NCBI GenBank assembly: GCA_965637545.1
Contig: OZ281496.1
Coordinates: forward strand, 13,888,001-13,952,000
Direction: 5' to 3'
DNA from: Phallusia mammillata
Lineage: Eukaryota
Length of the DNA stretch: 64,000 nucleotides
Part shown: positions 61,401-64,000 of the stretch, piece by piece
How positions within the stretch are numbered: position 1 is the stretch's first letter
Layout of the letters: the number at the start of each line of letters is the position of its first letter
Program-made: the position numbers and the translations under genes
Notes under the pieces: model-generated
The model's input: only the letters and a program-made list of their open reading frames with translations
The model's database searches: none
Told to the model about the DNA's origin: nothing

Positions 61401-64000
61401 AAGCAGGATTAAGAAGGATAACCAACAAATTGAAGCTCTCCTCAATGCAGTGACAGAAGCTTGTGATCCATTTTCTGCAGCAGCATCTACATCTTCAATG
61501 CTCTTGAATATCGCCACAGGGAAGGGGTCATCTGCGCAAACACAAGAATACCTCACAGATTCGTTAGAAGCTGGCCATAAGCTACACGAAAAATTCAGAA
61601 ATGAGTGTTCTGAAGATAGTTCAAGATTGTTAAAGCCAATCAAACGAAGAAAAGTGCAGAATTTCGCAAGTGAACACACAAAACCCAAGCAGAAAAGCAC
61701 TTCAAAGTTTACCTCGACAGCTAACAGTTTAAGGGATAGTTTCATCCGCATGATGGTAGTCATTTCCGAAAACACAAACTTTCATCTGCAACACGTCTTA
61801 ACTTACCCCATCACAGTCGTTCCACTGTCTATTGCTCAACCCGATGGTTCGCAGGTTAAGACCTCAAAAAGTAAGCTACTAAACAAGCTCGAGTCGATGC
61901 AAAAATGTGTACAAATTCTGCCTCATATTGAAGCAACATTAATCGACGGAGGACTGCTGCTCCACTCCTTCCTTTTAGCAATTGGCAAAATCTCCTCCTA
62001 CGGAAATTTAGCAAGGCGTCTGTTAGTTCACATTTGCTCCAGCAAAGGAAAGGAATTTCATGTCCTGTTCGACAAGTACATATCTTCATCCCTTAAGGAA
62101 AGTGAAAGAACATTACGTGGAGCCAATGATCAGTGAGCAGGCGCCTAAACAGAACTGCCAAAAGTTGCTGCAGAATGGCATATTTAAAGACCAATTGGCA
62201 AAATTTCTTCTACTAGAGTGGCAGAAAGATCAATATGGATCCATCTTAGACAGCAAGACGCTGATTTTATCTCACGGAGGGCGGTGTGTACGAATCACAT
62301 TCAACCAAATCAGTCGCAAGATGCATGTTGACTATCCGCATGACTTACAGGGCACACACGAGGAAGCAGACACCTTACTTGCGTTTCACGCTGCATATGT
62401 TCCTGGGAATGTGTTGGTCCGAACCAGTGACACTGATGTCATTGCGATACTTGTTGGCATGTTTGGTCGCGCTTTAATGGGTGGAAGCCAACTGAAGTCG
62501 ATAATAATAGATTGTGGTTCTGGAAACAAGCGCCGTTACATAGATATAAGCAGTGTGGTAAGGGCATTGGAGAACAAGCAACGTGGACTTTTTGCTGCGC
62601 TTCCAGGTCTGCATGCCTTTACAGGCTGTGATTTTACAGCAGCTTTCTACAAAAAAGGAAAAACGAAACCATACGACATCTTGGAAAATGACAGCCATGG
62701 ACAATTCATCAACTTCTTTTGCAACTTGTCGTCCAGGGACGAGCCATGCCGTCAGACAGCAGAAGAGTTTGTCTGCCACTTGTATGGCGTGAAACGGGTG
62801 AAAGATGTGAATAAGGCAAGGCACATAAAGCTTGTGCAAATGACAGGAAAAATAAGCAAGGTGATAATCATCCGTTATAAATAAGAGTTTAAATTGTTGA
62901 AAGTTTACGTACTTCGCTTAATTGTATATCTGTTTTTATGTATTGTGTACTCCTTAATTTGTGAAAAAGCAAATCTTGTTTCTCATTTTAGAAAAACCCA
63001 ATGGCCAACATTAAAAACGTTGACTGTGCCCTGTTACCACCTTGTTCCAAGACCCTTTGGATGAAGACGCAGCGTGCACATTATGTCAGCATCTCATCTG
63101 GGGAAATGCTGATAGTGCACAACCAGATCACGATTTGGATCCATTGGAATACGGATGGAAAAAAGAAAATGACCTTGATATGCCTGACTGGTTTCCTAAA
63201 TCAGTGTTGCCAGTTAATCTTTTTGAAGAGGTGACCGACAACAATGAAAACGACACCAATGAAAATGACACCAATGAAAACTACACCAATGAAAATGACA
63301 TAGGCTCTGGTCAAGAGTGGAGCGATGACTCCGACTGTGAATTTGAAATGTAGGCCTGTTGACATCATATCTTGTACATTTACAAAAATTTTCACTTTCT
63401 TTCATTTATCCCTTACAGCGTGCTTGATAAACTATGTTTCCGCTGGTATTTGAAATACCTAAGGTAGATTAGATTTGGAGAGGGGATGTATATTTAGTCG
63501 AACTTTAGATCTGTTACAGCCGAGGCAGTGTATATAGATGGTCTGTAACAGGTCGTTTGGGATTCCTTACAATGTTCTAGACCATTTGTCATTGGCTGCC
63601 TGTGGTATTTGCAATCTAAGTTAAGAGAGATGGGGGCGAGGGGGGGGGGGGTATCTAGTCGAACTTTAGGGAGTCTGATACTAGCGATGCGGTGGAACAG
63701 TAGTCTGTCGTATTCCAATTATCATTGTATAAACTCAACTTGTTCGTTTGGCATTAGTTGCGAGTGGTATCTCACTCGTTTATGCTACCCCCCTTTTTGG
63801 GCCCTTTGTGGGGGGTCTGGCGGGCCAAATGAGGCGGGAAAAATGTCTGTCGTTTGTGGAATTAGTATGAGGATCTAAATGGGCATCCCATGGCGGTGGA
63901 ATCAAGTGGTATTTCTCCAGTTTGTTTTGTACCCATTTTTTAGCAGCTTTCGGGGTCCCCCGGGGGAATACCCAGTGGGTGGTACCCGGCAGACACCCAT
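58464..64000 (+). mobile_element. Academ-type (AcademX) DNA transposon, right end beyond the window
   Basis: Long TIRs: 58556-58899 is the near-exact reverse complement of 63657-64000. The left end is inferred at TAGACCGG (58464) from the TAG terminus typical of Academ. Encodes a DDE + XPG-like protein. Confidence 0.8.
59246..63353 (+). pseudogene. Academ transposase with XPG/PIN-like nuclease domain, frameshifted
   Basis: Colinear ORFs 59246-59860, 59803-62136, 62060-62860, intron 62861-62991, then 62992-63353. Motifs AWDNYD..TLHAT, YDLAV, LGNFH, NYARW, DLSLEQTVN, IDGG, HEEADT, RTSDTDV, HAFTGCDFT..F..KGK, LPPC, DPLEYGW. Frameshifts near 59820, 62133 and 63090. Confidence 0.82.

Overview
AT-rich eukaryotic (metazoan, spliceosomal-intron) DNA. 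An invertebrate such as an ascidian is my guess, by inference only. There is a 200-N scaffold gap at 38535-38734. Bases 1-10918 hold the 3' part of a multi-exon + strand gene for a secreted/membrane LDLa-LDLa-like-(kringle-like)-CUB-ZP-TM protein. The rest is dominated by transposons: a head-to-head rearranged Penelope-like retroelement (RT + GIY-YIG, minimal hammerhead ribozyme), a second Penelope-like fragment, a gag-only Gypsy LTR element and its solo LTR, PIF/Harbinger, Chapaev3 and many hAT MITEs, and an Academ-type (DDE + XPG/PIN nuclease) DNA transposon with long TIRs running off the right end. It also contains one C2H2 zinc-finger gene and two decayed galactose-3-O-sulfotransferase paralogues. 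Segment 13424-30042 recurs inverted at 38735-50970, starting exactly at the gap; this is either a real inverted duplication or a second haplotype. It supplies empty-site versus filled-site comparisons. The most unusual recurring signal is a set of small fold-back insertions (4.9, 25.0 and 55.5 kb). These carry an inverted copy of the adjacent target DNA, two have a direct TSD as well, and two have Penelope-type hammerhead motifs, which suggests snap-back synthesis during integration.
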